Shown piece by piece: positions 39,601 to 49,245 of a DNA stretch of 64,000 bases; within the stretch, counting starts at the first letter, position 1, and every line of letters begins with the position of its first letter. Position numbers and translations under genes: made by a program. Source of the stretch: Armatimonadota bacterium (GTDB lineage: Bacteria; Armatimonadota; SYMT01); assembly GCA_041690135.1 (NCBI GenBank), contig JAWLHY010000008.1:256001-320000 (forward strand). Direction: 5' to 3'. The notes below the pieces were generated by a model that did no database searches, was not told where the DNA came from, and worked only from the letters and a program-made list of their open reading frames with translations.

Positions 39601-41173
39601 CGGCACGGGTGCCGGCGGGACCATCGCCGATGTCGAGCGGGGCGAGGCTGGTGTTGTTTGCCGCGTCTTTCAGTTCGTTGGTGGGTCGCAGGCACTCATA
39701 CATCACGTTCAGCAAGTGGTGATAGTTCTGAACGTTCTCGATACGGTAACCGTTAGTCACCGGCACGGAGGGTCCCCAGATGCCGGACTGCGTGTGGCAG
39801 CTCATGCACTGCGTGCCGAGCAGGTTCCCCGTATCACGGATGCGCCGCTCCACACTTGCCCCGCGCGGCCGGTTCGTCAGCCAGGAATCGACCTGTCCGA
39901 TGTGGTTGTACATCGCTTGCCGGACGGCCATGCGAGCGTCCGAGTAGGGCGCCGGCTTGAGAACCCGCAACTGGAACTGGTAGGCAGGGGCATTGGCTTC
40001 CACGCGGAAGTAGTAGACCTTGCCCGGCTCCAGTATCCGATTGATATTGGCCCGGTGGCTTTCTTCCTGCTGGTGGGCGCGCTCGTTCGGGTCAGGCCCC
40101 TCGGGAGCGTTCTCCACCCGCTTCCCTTCCGTGAAGATCTGGCGGTTGGGGTTCGGCTTGCCGAAATACTCACTTACCGGAAGCAGCGCACCCAGCGGCA
40201 CGGTAGGATTGGCACCATCGGCGAGCGCATAGCACCGCACCCGGGCAGCCAGGAACTGGCCGGGGAGACTGAGCTGCGCCGTAACCAGGCGCGGTCCATC
40301 GGCCTGAAGCTGGACCCGGAACCAGTCATCCCCCGACTGCCCGACCTGGGGGTTATCGAAGAACTCAACGTCGTCGGAGGTGCCGGTGATCTCGTAGGTG
40401 CGAACATCGTCCTCGCGGGTGCCGGCCACCAGCGTGAGGGGTTGGGCCTGTTCCGGGGTATCGTTCGGCTCGGCCTCGATCAGCGTCCGGTTCTTCTGGA
40501 CCGAGGCCTCGCCCCCCAGATCGAACGGCTCCACCGTCGCCGCAATCGGCACGCTGGCCGCCTGGGGCCACGGGACGCGGGTAGGGACGGGGAACATGTC
40601 CGGCGCCGTACCCTTCTCGCGCCAGCGCGGGGCAACCGGGCGGGTATCTTCTTCCAAAGCGGATACCTTTAGCCCATAGCGACCGGTCACCGGGGCCCGG
40701 TAAACGACGTAGGTATCCCCATCCAGCGCATGGAGTACTTTGCGCCAGTTGGCGGTCGGCGCGGTGTAGATCTCCAGGGCCTTCACTTCTCGGGCGCCTT
40801 TCTCCGGAGTCGTCACGACGTCCCCCGGGCGTTCCGGCCGGTCCAGCACCCACTCCACATTCACGCGCGCATTGGGGGGGAGAGCCGACGGCTTTTGAAG
40901 GCGCACCGAAATCTCGACTGCCTCACCCGCCTTCAGTTGATAAGCTTCTTGCCAGGGCTTCTTTGCCGTGATGGACAGACCGGGTTGCGTGGTGGTCGCT
41001 TTCTTGCCGCCAGGTGCGGTAGCGCGAGCCACTTCCGGTTTACGAACCGTGGCGGTGGCCGCTTTCCGCGGGACGGCGGCGCCGGCCACCGTGGCCACAC
41101 CGCCTAACACCGCGAGGGTAACGACCATTGGCGCGACGGGCTGACTGCCCGGGTTGGGTTTCCGTGCGTGCAT
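36602..41173 (-). CDS. 1523-aa secreted protein: PPC-like domains, prenyltransferase/squalene-cyclase-like repeats, HEAT repeats, two CxxCH motifs
   Basis: Signal peptide; EAEPNDT; CMSCH; QNEDGSW and QDANGRW repeats; L-x-D-x-x-x-x-VR HEAT repeats; CIGCH near C-terminus. Confidence 0.85.
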   Translation of the reverse strand: MHARKPNPGSQPVAPMVVTLAVLGGVATVAGAAVPRKAATATVRKPEVARATAPGGKKATTTQPGLSITAKKPWQEAYQLKAGEAVEISVRLQKPSALPPNARVNVEWVLDRPERPGDVVTTPEKGAREVKALEIYTAPTANWRKVLHALDGDTYVVYRAPVTGRYGLKVSALEEDTRPVAPRWREKGTAPDMFPVPTRVPWPQAASVPIAATVEPFDLGGEASVQKNRTLIEAEPNDTPEQAQPLTLVAGTREDDVRTYEITGTSDDVEFFDNPQVGQSGDDWFRVQLQADGPRLVTAQLSLPGQFLAARVRCYALADGANPTVPLGALLPVSEYFGKPNPNRQIFTEGKRVENAPEGPDPNERAHQQEESHRANINRILEPGKVYYFRVEANAPAYQFQLRVLKPAPYSDARMAVRQAMYNHIGQVDSWLTNRPRGASVERRIRDTGNLLGTQCMSCHTQSGIWGPSVPVTNGYRIENVQNYHHLLNVMYECLRPTNELKDAANNTSLAPLDIGDGPAGTRAAGFNIVNAERITSPKKLHSKQQIRTANFVLQTADPGGINAAGKGSNVGQNIVKLFAAEILYTAWKRTGDTKYFRPIEERARQVLAHNAVYTDDVAVRMDFFGRVFPIKDYLTETEKAARAEKAANLPVKGNSEEARKFVEQVKTQLVADEARLRQIQNEDGSWGFSPGSSPDGGKTWKGGEKVGDPSPTSLAISALTAVGHGNDDPAIAKAVHWLLKVQDANGRWNRASITGFVPTAYVLNALGRLYPVPAYVPKRAEFAPQAGEPILSTLRKAQAVALTGDPTFADLMRGYARHSNTLVRYWGVVGLGLVHDAAGVPVLMSALKDRAKPVRDAAVWAMRQSLLNDEGWGPVLAALEKGDDYSRESMAQVLGMRADAVMPQARLDWNRFTRSLARAMNDDPHPAVRAWAAKAAWQWWIWNPPVRAALNQAWIRMLERSEPNALVENSNRYSSQALFIVNGHKANGSDKHQYKELATLFEALRERLEKSAPGAKDLLAKRLVAIAGTFYQTAGGDGGPGQLGYTTPGAGALMGQAALVYLRDAIPAGQTPVIRAGLEGAANVPHRPLQEYLIDYALKAPEELRQTAAAAVSDPRSAMLQAATELVEPLIQQVRRGANEPSRRANLSDPVIKVFSSVTWVIPADLEQQRHFFDLMVPRLDRYVSPAEIAATADQAKRAELEREMDAAWYLADKLGQVMADNPDLHQEIVFQKYFPAKFKNPLEQHFWIRSVPWILEHKLALPEVGTEPMKPGDKAAPPDPGLIVKDRALQLYLDALSEKALPQTRAAAIRISNATAVRKNPEVLLALTGVSKYEKDGQLLRIAENVVKQGSERFVPDLVAALKAEKKAGNWLTSDGKVNPVFLEDLTYFRDYVMPEFVRVKRSDQAACIGCHGVPGRVPSFFLKPVDEVGYLSAQDLLFNYRETQARVNLKDVEKSKILRKPLNVQDGTEDGHQGGRRYLPQDEGYLILKRWSENQQKVMGAVMAFFDPFLQRLRGLFAVK

Positions 41174-41304
41174 GGTTAGAGATCAGTAAATAAAGAGGAA
41201 GTCGCAGCTCCGGTTTGTGCAGGTGGAGTTCACCAGGAGCGCTATGACCGTACCTAAAAGGTTTCGGCACGGGGACGGTGGATACCCTCCCCGTCAAGGA
41301 CAAA

Positions 41305-41979
41305 TCAACCCAGAGACACCAACCCCGGTCGCATCGGGTGGACCTTACGGGCGACGAGGGTCACAAAAGACTGGGGCTGGTTTGTAGAGACGTTCCACTG
41401 CCAGAGCCGGGCGGCCTCGAGGGGTTGCCAGTCCCGAAAACGCTCCAGTAGTTCTTCGAGCGTAACGAACCAGAGCGTGCCGGAGTGGGCGCACTCCTCC
41501 GGGTTGCGCCCGAAGAGGCTCAAGCCGAGCACTCCACCCGGAGCAACCCTGTCCATCAAACGGTCCAAACAAGTCGCGGCATCGGCTCCCATGAACTGTA
41601 GAGAGTTGACCGCAATCACCAGGTCGAAGCGCTGGTCCGAGGCAAAGTCGCGCAAGTCCAGTTGCAGAACGTCGCCCGGCAGCTTGCGTTCCACCAGCAG
41701 CTGCCGGGCCTTGGCCGCGCCCGCGGGCGTAAACTCAATACCCGTGGCCTGGTATCCGCGTCCGGCGAGGAAGACCAGGTCTTGCCCTTCACCGCAACCC
41801 GCGTCGAGAGCCGTACCGCCATGCGGGAAGTAGGCGCGATGATAGCGAACGGCCCGACGCGCAATCGGTCCCGGCTCCGAGCCGTAGTAGTAGGCCTCTC
41901 CGGCGTAAATGCGGCTCCAGCGGGCCAGTTCGGTATCGACGACCTGCGCGGGATCCGTGGGGATGGGATGGCTTGACAT
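41305..41979 (-). CDS. Class I SAM-dependent methyltransferase (TehB-like)
   Basis: YYYG-x-EP; ALDAGCGEGQD-x-x-FLA; FDLV; APGG; start ATG 41979. Confidence 0.88.
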   Translation of the reverse strand: MSSHPIPTDPAQVVDTELARWSRIYAGEAYYYGSEPGPIARRAVRYHRAYFPHGGTALDAGCGEGQDLVFLAGRGYQATGIEFTPAGAAKARQLLVERKLPGDVLQLDLRDFASDQRFDLVIAVNSLQFMGADAATCLDRLMDRVAPGGVLGLSLFGRNPEECAHSGTLWFVTLEELLERFRDWQPLEAARLWQWNVSTNQPQSFVTLVARKVHPMRPGLVSLG

Positions 41980-42108
41980 CAGGGCTGACACGCTCCTCGA
42001 ACGGGGAAGGGAAATCCATCCAGACACGTGATGGCATCCGGAGAAGTATACGAGAGTTCCGGCGGGCTACACCGTCGAAGTCAGCAGCAAATGTGTGTCG
42101 GATGGGGC

Positions 42109-42137
42109 TTGCACCGACCCTGGAGTTCTGGTATTAT
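42109..42137 (+). promoter_or_regulatory. Sigma70-type promoter of tRNA-Asp copy 1
   Basis: TTGCAC-N17-TATTAT with extended -10 TG. Confidence 0.75.
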
Positions 42138-42150
42138 CCTCTCGCACCGA

Positions 42151-42224
<74 letters not shown>

Positions 42225-42231
42225 CTCTCGG

Positions 42232-42263
42232 AAAGGACCGCAGCAGTCGCTGCGGTCCTTTTT
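42232..42263 (+). terminator. Intrinsic terminator after tRNA-Asp copy 1
   Basis: AAAGGACCGCAGC-AGTC-GCTGCGGTCCTTTTT. Confidence 0.85.
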
Positions 42264-42335
42264 GCATTGCCGGGTGTGGAGGGAACGAACCATTCCCGGA
42301 ACGAAACGACGGCGGAGATTTCAGAAAATCGGGGC

Positions 42336-42364
42336 TTGCGCGGCAACGCCTCTTCTGGTATTCT
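42336..42364 (+). promoter_or_regulatory. Sigma70-type promoter of tRNA-Asp copy 2
   Basis: TTGCGC-N17-TATTCT with extended -10 TG, same position relative to the tRNA as copy 1. Confidence 0.72.
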
Positions 42365-42377
42365 CCTGTCGCACCGA

Positions 42378-42451
<74 letters not shown>

Positions 42452-42458
42452 CTCTCGG

Positions 42459-42490
42459 AAGGGATCGCAGCAACTACTGCGATCCCTTTT
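42459..42490 (+). terminator. Intrinsic terminator after tRNA-Asp copy 2
   Basis: AAGGGATCGCAG-CAACTA-CTGCGATCCCTTTT. Confidence 0.85.
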
Positions 42491-42772
42491 GCGTTTTCTG
42501 CCCGGAAACTACGGCCGCAGTTTTCCACCATGGATCGGAGACGCGAGGCAACGTTACCAGCGGGTGCCGAGCACCCTGCGGGTGAGGCTTGCGGGTGGGA
42601 GCTTCGGGCCATTTCAGTTCGAGACGTGAGTCGTCATCTGGCCGGTGCGGTTGTCGCACTCCTCTGCGCGGGGCTCGATCAGCGGCACGCAGCACGGTCC
42701 GGCGGCACCTGAGAAAAGGGTGGCAAAGGAGCGACGCCATCCACGGTGAACGGGGGGAACAGGGGGCGGCGG

Positions 42773-44302
42773 ATGAATCGGACCATGTGGCGAGGCGCGA
42801 GCATCACTCTGGGGGTGGGAATACTGGCAGCGGTTTGCGGCCAGCCGGGGGCCCAGGCACAAGCACCGGCCACCGAGATTTCCCGGCTGCTTCAGGACTC
42901 GGCGTCTCCGTCCCGCTTCCAGGGATATACGCCCCGATTTTCCGTCCAGCGGGAGGAATTCGCGGTGGGAAGCGGCATGGGAGCGACCCGGCATTCCCTG
43001 ACGGTCCTGAAGGATGGGCCCCGGTATGTGGCGATCTGCGACCCGCTCGGGTTCACCTTTGACTTGCTGGCCTTCGATCCGACCCGCGCCCCCGAGAAAC
43101 TGGAACTGCCTCCCGATTGGACCCCTACCACAACGTTGGGGACCCGTTTCACACCCTACGTGCATTTTCGCGATGGGGGGCCAAGCGGGGACCAGCGGGA
43201 CTTCAATCCGTTGCAGGAGAACGGTGCATACTCTTTTTTCCTGCGTGAGGAGTGGTTCGAGGATCGTAAGGGCAACAGCACCTACGTGATCCGGTTCCGC
43301 GTTGATCCCGTACGCGGCTACGTCGTCGATGTCATCACCCAGCTCGATTTCACGCGCGGAAGCCGGCGGAAGGCGGAGGAGATCCTCGGCATCCTGAACG
43401 TGCAGCCCGCGAACCTCGCCAATCCCTGGCCGGGCCGAGCGCGCTACGACCGAACGCTCTACACACCGAAAAACGCGGCGGACTATGCCGGTTGGTGGAA
43501 CAACCCGGCGGCCGCACGTCGCTCGCACGCGGCGGATGACTACCTCTCGGTCCGGAGCGGCGGTTTCACTACCTTCGTGGGAGAGAAAGGATCCTGGTCT
43601 CCGGTCATCTCCTATCCCGAATCAGGAGGCCGAACGGTACTTCAGCGAACGGACCACCGGTGGTTGGGCCAGCGCTGTTTCATTACGCTTCCGGCACAGC
43701 AGCCCGGACAGCCGGACCGACCTTTCCTGTCTCGCTTCGAACTCTCCGGCCTCCCTCCGGAAGCGACCGACCGTCTGGCTGAAAAGGCGGTGATACCGTC
43801 CCTAGAGGGCCAGAGGGCGGTAATGGTACGCATTGGGGTTCCCGAGGACTTTGAGGCCCAACCCCTACCACTCGACACGCGGGTCCGCGGTTTGGTGGGG
43901 TCCCAGTTCCAATTGAGCGATCGCGAGGCGCATTCGGGAAAGCAAGCGATGATCGTGCTGGGCAAACAACCCAAGGCCCAACCTGACTCTCGCCCCCAGG
44001 TCGAAGCTCCGGCCATTCCCCTCGAAGCCGATCGCACTTACCGTCTGCAAGCCTGGATCAAGGTGGGGAGCGGGCAAACCGAAGGGTTTGTCTCCGCGGA
44101 CCTGGTGGCGGACCCGGCGAACGTAGGCGCCTTCCTCAAGCGGCAGCGGACGCCTTCCGTAAAACCCGGCGAAGGTTGGAAACAGGTTTCGCTGGAGTTC
44201 AGTACGGGCCGCTCCCCCTGTTTCCTGGACCTGCGATTCCAGGCGGTGGGCAACGGGTCGGTCTATTTCGATGACTTTTCACTCACTCGTGTTGAGGACT
44301 GA
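42773..44302 (+). CDS. Secreted protein with C-terminal carbohydrate-binding-module-like (CBM4/9-like) domain
   Basis: Signal peptide from ATG 42773; EAHSGK, TYRL-x-AWIK, W-x-QVS-x-x-F, G-x-VYFDDFSL. Confidence 0.72.
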   Translation: MNRTMWRGASITLGVGILAAVCGQPGAQAQAPATEISRLLQDSASPSRFQGYTPRFSVQREEFAVGSGMGATRHSLTVLKDGPRYVAICDPLGFTFDLLAFDPTRAPEKLELPPDWTPTTTLGTRFTPYVHFRDGGPSGDQRDFNPLQENGAYSFFLREEWFEDRKGNSTYVIRFRVDPVRGYVVDVITQLDFTRGSRRKAEEILGILNVQPANLANPWPGRARYDRTLYTPKNAADYAGWWNNPAAARRSHAADDYLSVRSGGFTTFVGEKGSWSPVISYPESGGRTVLQRTDHRWLGQRCFITLPAQQPGQPDRPFLSRFELSGLPPEATDRLAEKAVIPSLEGQRAVMVRIGVPEDFEAQPLPLDTRVRGLVGSQFQLSDREAHSGKQAMIVLGKQPKAQPDSRPQVEAPAIPLEADRTYRLQAWIKVGSGQTEGFVSADLVADPANVGAFLKRQRTPSVKPGEGWKQVSLEFSTGRSPCFLDLRFQAVGNGSVYFDDFSLTRVED

Positions 44303-44305
44303 CCA

Positions 44306-44995
44306 TTAGGGCACCTTGCCCCGGAGACGGGCCGTGCCGTCGAAGCTCTGGATGGTGCCGGTTCCCTGGTCCGAACGCAGGATCACCCGCGCTTTACCGT
44401 CGGAACCGCGCAGGTCGATCTCGCCCGCATTTTCGAAGCCCACTCCGGCCACCACCCGGCTCTGGTCGTCGTTGCCGCGGATGTTAATGACGCCGCCGGC
44501 GTTATCCACCCCCAAAAGCACGCGGCGGTTGCCGTCCGCTCCCCGTACGTCCACGGTTCCACCTTCCTCCGTGCCTTCCAGGGTCGTCAACTTCTTGCCT
44601 TCCGGGTTCAGAAGGTCGAGCTCCGCATTGCCGTCCTCACCTACGAACAATGTGGCTCGAGGTTTTCCGTCTGCGCCCAGCCAATCCACGAATCCGGCAT
44701 CGTGATCGACACCGACCATGACCCGAGCCTTTCCGTCCTGACCGCGCACGGCGATCACCCCGCCATTGCGGTTCGACGAGATTCCCGCCACTTCCCGTCC
44801 GTCGCTCCCGACGACCTTCAGTGAACGGCACACTACATCCCGGACAGGCGTTTGCGAGGTGGCTGCGGCGGCGCAGAACAACACCGTACCGACCGCCACG
44901 AGGCCAAGGTTACTCCATCGCTGTCGCTTGAGCGCGGCTACCTCCTGTTGGAGGAGCACCACCTGCGCGCGCAAAATTTCAACTTCTTCAGGCAT
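44306..44995 (-). CDS. Membrane-anchored protein with about six 22-aa beta-repeat units
   Basis: Short coiled coil, TM, then repeats G-x-[IV]-x-[VL]RG-x-DGK-x-RV-x-[VL]GV. Confidence 0.75.
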   Translation of the reverse strand: MPEEVEILRAQVVLLQQEVAALKRQRWSNLGLVAVGTVLFCAAAATSQTPVRDVVCRSLKVVGSDGREVAGISSNRNGGVIAVRGQDGKARVMVGVDHDAGFVDWLGADGKPRATLFVGEDGNAELDLLNPEGKKLTTLEGTEEGGTVDVRGADGNRRVLLGVDNAGGVINIRGNDDQSRVVAGVGFENAGEIDLRGSDGKARVILRSDQGTGTIQSFDGTARLRGKVP

Positions 44996-45226
44996 TCCGG
45001 CTTAACCCTCATGTGGGAAAATTTTCTGGCAGTGACGGATGGTCTGGCGTACGTGGCAACGCCTCGCCCAATGGGTAATATTCGGCACAAACACCCGACA
45101 TCCTGCCGAGCGAGCGCCTGGATCACCTCATTAATGCAGTCGCAACTAGAACGAGTGATGGTTGTCCATGGTCACGGTGGCTTTCGCTAAGTGGCGAAGC
45201 GGAAAGCCCTGCAGGCGTGAGATCAG

Positions 45227-47818
45227 GTGGGAAACTTGGGATCGTTGGTCGAGAGAGGAACTGCGAGAGGGCTTGGCGCCTCTCTTATGTTGCTGGTGCT
45301 GGCATCTGGCGCGGCGGCTGCACCGGTGAAGCGGACCCGGAAGCCCGTCCCTGCGTCGAAGCCCACGCCCGTTCGAAAGCCTATGCCGACAGCGACCGGC
45401 TCGCGCGTTTTGCGCCTACAAATCCTGCCGGAGTCGATCCAGCTTTCGGGTCCGGCCGCCGTCCAAACGGTGGTGGTGATGGGGGCGCTGAGTGACGGTA
45501 CGCGGGTGGACCTGACGAACCAGGTCACGTTGTCGCTTTCGGGCACCTCCGTCTCCCTTTCAAAGCACCGCCTACAAGCACGAAGTGACGGGAAAGCCCT
45601 GCTGATCGCGCGCCACGGATCCTTGCGGGCGAAAGCACCCATCGCGGTGGCCCTGGCGAATCGCCCCGTCACCTATTCGTTCCAGAATGATGTCGTACCG
45701 GTGCTGGCTCGCCTCGGTTGCAGCCAGGGCGCCTGCCACGGGGCAAACTCGGGGAAAGGCGGGTTCAAGCTTTCCCTCCGCGGTTACGCACCGGAACTGG
45801 ACTTTCTCTCCATCACCCGCGAATTGAGCGGACGCCGCATCGCGCGCGAAGCTCCGGACCGGAGTCTCCTGCTGCGCAAACCGCTGATGGAAGTAGCGCA
45901 TGGGGGTGGCAAAGCGCTGGAGAAGGGGTCGCGCGAGTACTATGTCCTGTTAGGCTGGCTGATGCAGGGAGCGCCGGGACCCGATCCGGCGGATCCGCAG
46001 TTGGTGAACCTGGAAGCGTTGCCCGGCGACCGGATCTACCGGGCCAAGCAGCGGCAGCAGGTGCTGATTCGAGCCCGCTTCTCCGACGGTCGCGTCGAGG
46101 ATGTGACGGAACGAGCCGTGTTCCGATCGAACGATGCCGGGGTGGCTACCGTTTCGGAGCACGGGCTGGTGGTGGCCCTCAATCCCGGCGAGACGGCCGT
46201 TCAGGCGAAATATATGGACCGTCTCGCGGTGGTGCGCGTCACGGTCCCTTACCCGCAGAAGGTCAATCCCACCGCCTTTGGTCAGCCCTTCAACTATATC
46301 GACCAGGCGGTTCACGCCAAGCTCCGTTCACTCAACCTGGAACCCAGCGGCTTGTGCACGGATGAGGAGTTCATCCGGCGGGCCTACCTCGGCGCCATCG
46401 GGACCCTGCCGACGGCGGACGAGGTGAGATCTTTCCTAGCGGAGTGCAAACAGGAGACCGGCAAGGCCGGAGGAGTGGCACAGGCGGCCCGGAACCGGCT
46501 GATCGATCAGGTGCTGAAGCGCCCGGAGTACGGCTCGATCTGGGCGTTGAAGCTGTGCGACCTCTCCATGGTCCGCCGCGAGCACATGCAGCGGAAGAAC
46601 ACGGTGGCGCTCCACCAGTGGTTGACGGAGCAGTTCCAGCAGAACCGGCCCTGGGATCAACTGGTGGCAGATCTGGTTACCGCCACCGGATCGATCGAGG
46701 AAAACCCCGCGACCCTCTGGTGGGCCAGCCGGCAGCAGACGCGTCCGAACGCCCGGGGATGGGTGCGCCACTACGAGCTTACGGCGGAGATCACGTCCCA
46801 GGTGTTCCTCGGGCAGCGGATGCAGTGCGCCAAGTGCCACAACCATCCCACTGAAAAATACACTCAGGACGATTACTACCAGTTCGCCGCCCTGTTCGCG
46901 CAGGTGAACGGCGAGGGGCGCGCCGACCCCGTGCCGGAGCGCTTCGTGGCCACGGATGCAGGCGAGGTTCGCCATCCGCGCACCGGCAAGGTCGTAATGC
47001 CACGCCCTCTGGACCACGCGGACCTCAAGCTGCAGCCGGGGGATGACCGACGGGTGAAGTTTACCCAGTGGCTGCGGGGGGAGGGGCGGGACCTGTTCGC
47101 CCGCAACATCGTGAACCGGGTATGGGCCAGGCTGTTCGGGACCGGGATCGTCGAGCCCGTGGACGACCTCCGTAGCACCAATCCGCCTCGGAACGAGCCC
47201 CTGCTGGCGGCGCTGGCGAACGACCTGATCGCGCACGGTTATGATCTCAAGTACTTGATGGGCACGATCATGCGCTCGCGCACGTTCCAGGCCTGCGCGC
47301 AGGCGACACCCGCAAATAAAGTCGACACCCAGTTCTTCTCTCACTTCCCCGCCCACCGGCTTCAGGGCGAGGAGTTGCTGGATGCGATCGCGCAGGCGAC
47401 GGGCGTGCCGGACAAGTTCGCCACGTACCCCATGGGCACACGCGCCATCGAGCTCTCGGATACGGAACTCTCGTCGCTGGCACTGGACACGTTCGGCCGC
47501 CCAAACCGCACTACGCCCTGTGAGTGCGACCGGAGCGCCGCGCCAACCGTTTCCCAGGCCCTTGATCTGCTCAACGGCGAGGTTCTCCAGGGGAAGTTGA
47601 AACACCCCGAGGGCATCATCAACCAGTGGATGAAAGCGGGGAAATCCGATGCGGAGATCCTGGAGGAACTCTATTTACGGACTCTTTCGCGCCGTCCCGA
47701 GCCTTTCGAGCTGGTAGAAGTGCAAAAAGCCCTTGCCCAGGCGCCGAAGCGGGAAGAGGGGCTGCAGGATGTGCTGTGGGCCCTGATCAATACCAAGGAA
47801 TTCATGTTCAACCACTAG
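45227..47818 (+). CDS. DUF1549/DUF1553 (PSCyt2/PSD1) protein with Ig-like domains
   Basis: SFQNDVVPVL-x-x-x-GC-x-x-GACHG; GGFKLSLRG; DEEFIRR-x-YL; CAKCHNHP; FARNIVNRVW; CECDR; WALINTKEF-x-FNH. Confidence 0.93.
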   Translation: MGNLGSLVERGTARGLGASLMLLVLASGAAAAPVKRTRKPVPASKPTPVRKPMPTATGSRVLRLQILPESIQLSGPAAVQTVVVMGALSDGTRVDLTNQVTLSLSGTSVSLSKHRLQARSDGKALLIARHGSLRAKAPIAVALANRPVTYSFQNDVVPVLARLGCSQGACHGANSGKGGFKLSLRGYAPELDFLSITRELSGRRIAREAPDRSLLLRKPLMEVAHGGGKALEKGSREYYVLLGWLMQGAPGPDPADPQLVNLEALPGDRIYRAKQRQQVLIRARFSDGRVEDVTERAVFRSNDAGVATVSEHGLVVALNPGETAVQAKYMDRLAVVRVTVPYPQKVNPTAFGQPFNYIDQAVHAKLRSLNLEPSGLCTDEEFIRRAYLGAIGTLPTADEVRSFLAECKQETGKAGGVAQAARNRLIDQVLKRPEYGSIWALKLCDLSMVRREHMQRKNTVALHQWLTEQFQQNRPWDQLVADLVTATGSIEENPATLWWASRQQTRPNARGWVRHYELTAEITSQVFLGQRMQCAKCHNHPTEKYTQDDYYQFAALFAQVNGEGRADPVPERFVATDAGEVRHPRTGKVVMPRPLDHADLKLQPGDDRRVKFTQWLRGEGRDLFARNIVNRVWARLFGTGIVEPVDDLRSTNPPRNEPLLAALANDLIAHGYDLKYLMGTIMRSRTFQACAQATPANKVDTQFFSHFPAHRLQGEELLDAIAQATGVPDKFATYPMGTRAIELSDTELSSLALDTFGRPNRTTPCECDRSAAPTVSQALDLLNGEVLQGKLKHPEGIINQWMKAGKSDAEILEELYLRTLSRRPEPFELVEVQKALAQAPKREEGLQDVLWALINTKEFMFNH

Positions 47819-47855
47819 GGAAGCAAGATCCGCAAGGGTTGCGAAAGGAAATCGG

Positions 47856-49199
47856 ATGTTCACCTTCTACGGCGCAAGCAGCTCAAACCAATGTGATGGG
47901 ATTTCCCGTCGCGACTTTCTGCGCGTCGGTGGTCTCTCCACGGCCGGACTTACGCTGGTCGACTTGCTGCGGGGAGAGGCCGCCCATGGTGCGAGCACCG
48001 CTTCGCCTGGGAAGAAGGCCCGGGCCAAGAACGTCCTGCTGGTTTACCTCGGAGGCGGGATCACCCACCATGACACCTTCGACCCGAAGCCGGAAGCGCC
48101 CGAGGAAGTGCGAGGAAAATACGGAACGATCCCCACGAAGCTTTCGGGGATCCGGTACAGCGACCAAATGCCCCACCTGGCTCAATGCAACGATCTGTTC
48201 GCATTGGTCCGCTCGCAGGTATCCGGCAGCGACCACCACGAAACGTCCACGCAGTGGATGCTGACCGGCAACTACGGTACAGCTCAGGGTGGGGACTTTC
48301 CGGCGATCGGCGCCATTGTAGCTCACGAACTTCCCGCGTTGAACTCCCTGCCGCCGTACGTCGCGATCCCGCGAAATGCCTCCTTCACCTGGGAACTGGG
48401 CAAGGCGGCATGGCTGGGCGAACAGTATGAGTCGTTTAAAGCGGGAGATCCATCGCGCGGCGATTGGAAGGTGCCGAACCTGGCTCTCCAGTCCGACGTG
48501 AATGGAGACCGCCTGGGCCGGCGGAAATCGTTACTGGACGCCATCGACCGTCTCGCCCGAAAGGTGGAGGGGAACGACAGCCTGAAGTCGATGGATACCT
48601 TCTACCGGCGAGCCGCGCAGATGGTCATGTCGGAGGAAGCCCGCCTAGCGTTCGATCTCTCCAAAGAGTCCGACAAGACGAAGGAAGCCTACGGCAAGGC
48701 GGACCGTTTCGGCATGCAGGCGCTCCTCGCCCGCCGGTTGGTCGAGGCCGATGTCCGTTTCGTCCTGCTCAACTACGGCGGCTGGGATCACCATGCGAAG
48801 ATCTTCGAAAGCTGCGACAAGGTCCTCAAGCCGTTCGACCAGGCCATGGCGGCGCTGCTCAAGGACATGAGGGACCGCGGCCTGCTCGAAGAGACCTTCG
48901 TAGCCATCTATGGTGACTTCGGGCGCACGTCCAAGGTGAACAAAGATGCAGGCCGGGACCACTGGGCGCACGCCGGCAGCATGCTTTTCGCCGGGGCGGG
49001 AGTCCGCGGTGGACAGGTCATCGGCGCCACCGACACCCTGGGCGAGTACGTGACGCAGCGGCCCGTGCGTCCGGCCGAGGTCGCCGCCACCCTTTACTCC
49101 GCCGTGGGCGTGGACTACCACAAGGAGCTCCTGATGCCGAGCGCCCGTCCGGTGCGGATCTTGCCCGAAACCGGGCCGATCCACGAGTTGTATGGGTAG
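47856..49199 (+). CDS. DUF1501 domain protein (Tat-like RRDFLR leader)
   Basis: SRRDFLRVG; GG-x-x-H-x-DTFDPKP; LLARRLVEA; GWDHH; GDFGRT; GRDHW; GG-x-VIGATD. Confidence 0.93.
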   Translation: MFTFYGASSSNQCDGISRRDFLRVGGLSTAGLTLVDLLRGEAAHGASTASPGKKARAKNVLLVYLGGGITHHDTFDPKPEAPEEVRGKYGTIPTKLSGIRYSDQMPHLAQCNDLFALVRSQVSGSDHHETSTQWMLTGNYGTAQGGDFPAIGAIVAHELPALNSLPPYVAIPRNASFTWELGKAAWLGEQYESFKAGDPSRGDWKVPNLALQSDVNGDRLGRRKSLLDAIDRLARKVEGNDSLKSMDTFYRRAAQMVMSEEARLAFDLSKESDKTKEAYGKADRFGMQALLARRLVEADVRFVLLNYGGWDHHAKIFESCDKVLKPFDQAMAALLKDMRDRGLLEETFVAIYGDFGRTSKVNKDAGRDHWAHAGSMLFAGAGVRGGQVIGATDTLGEYVTQRPVRPAEVAATLYSAVGVDYHKELLMPSARPVRILPETGPIHELYG

Positions 49200-49245
49200 A
49201 ATCGTTGGACGGACATGGACCCCGAGTAGTGGGGGGAGGCACCTG

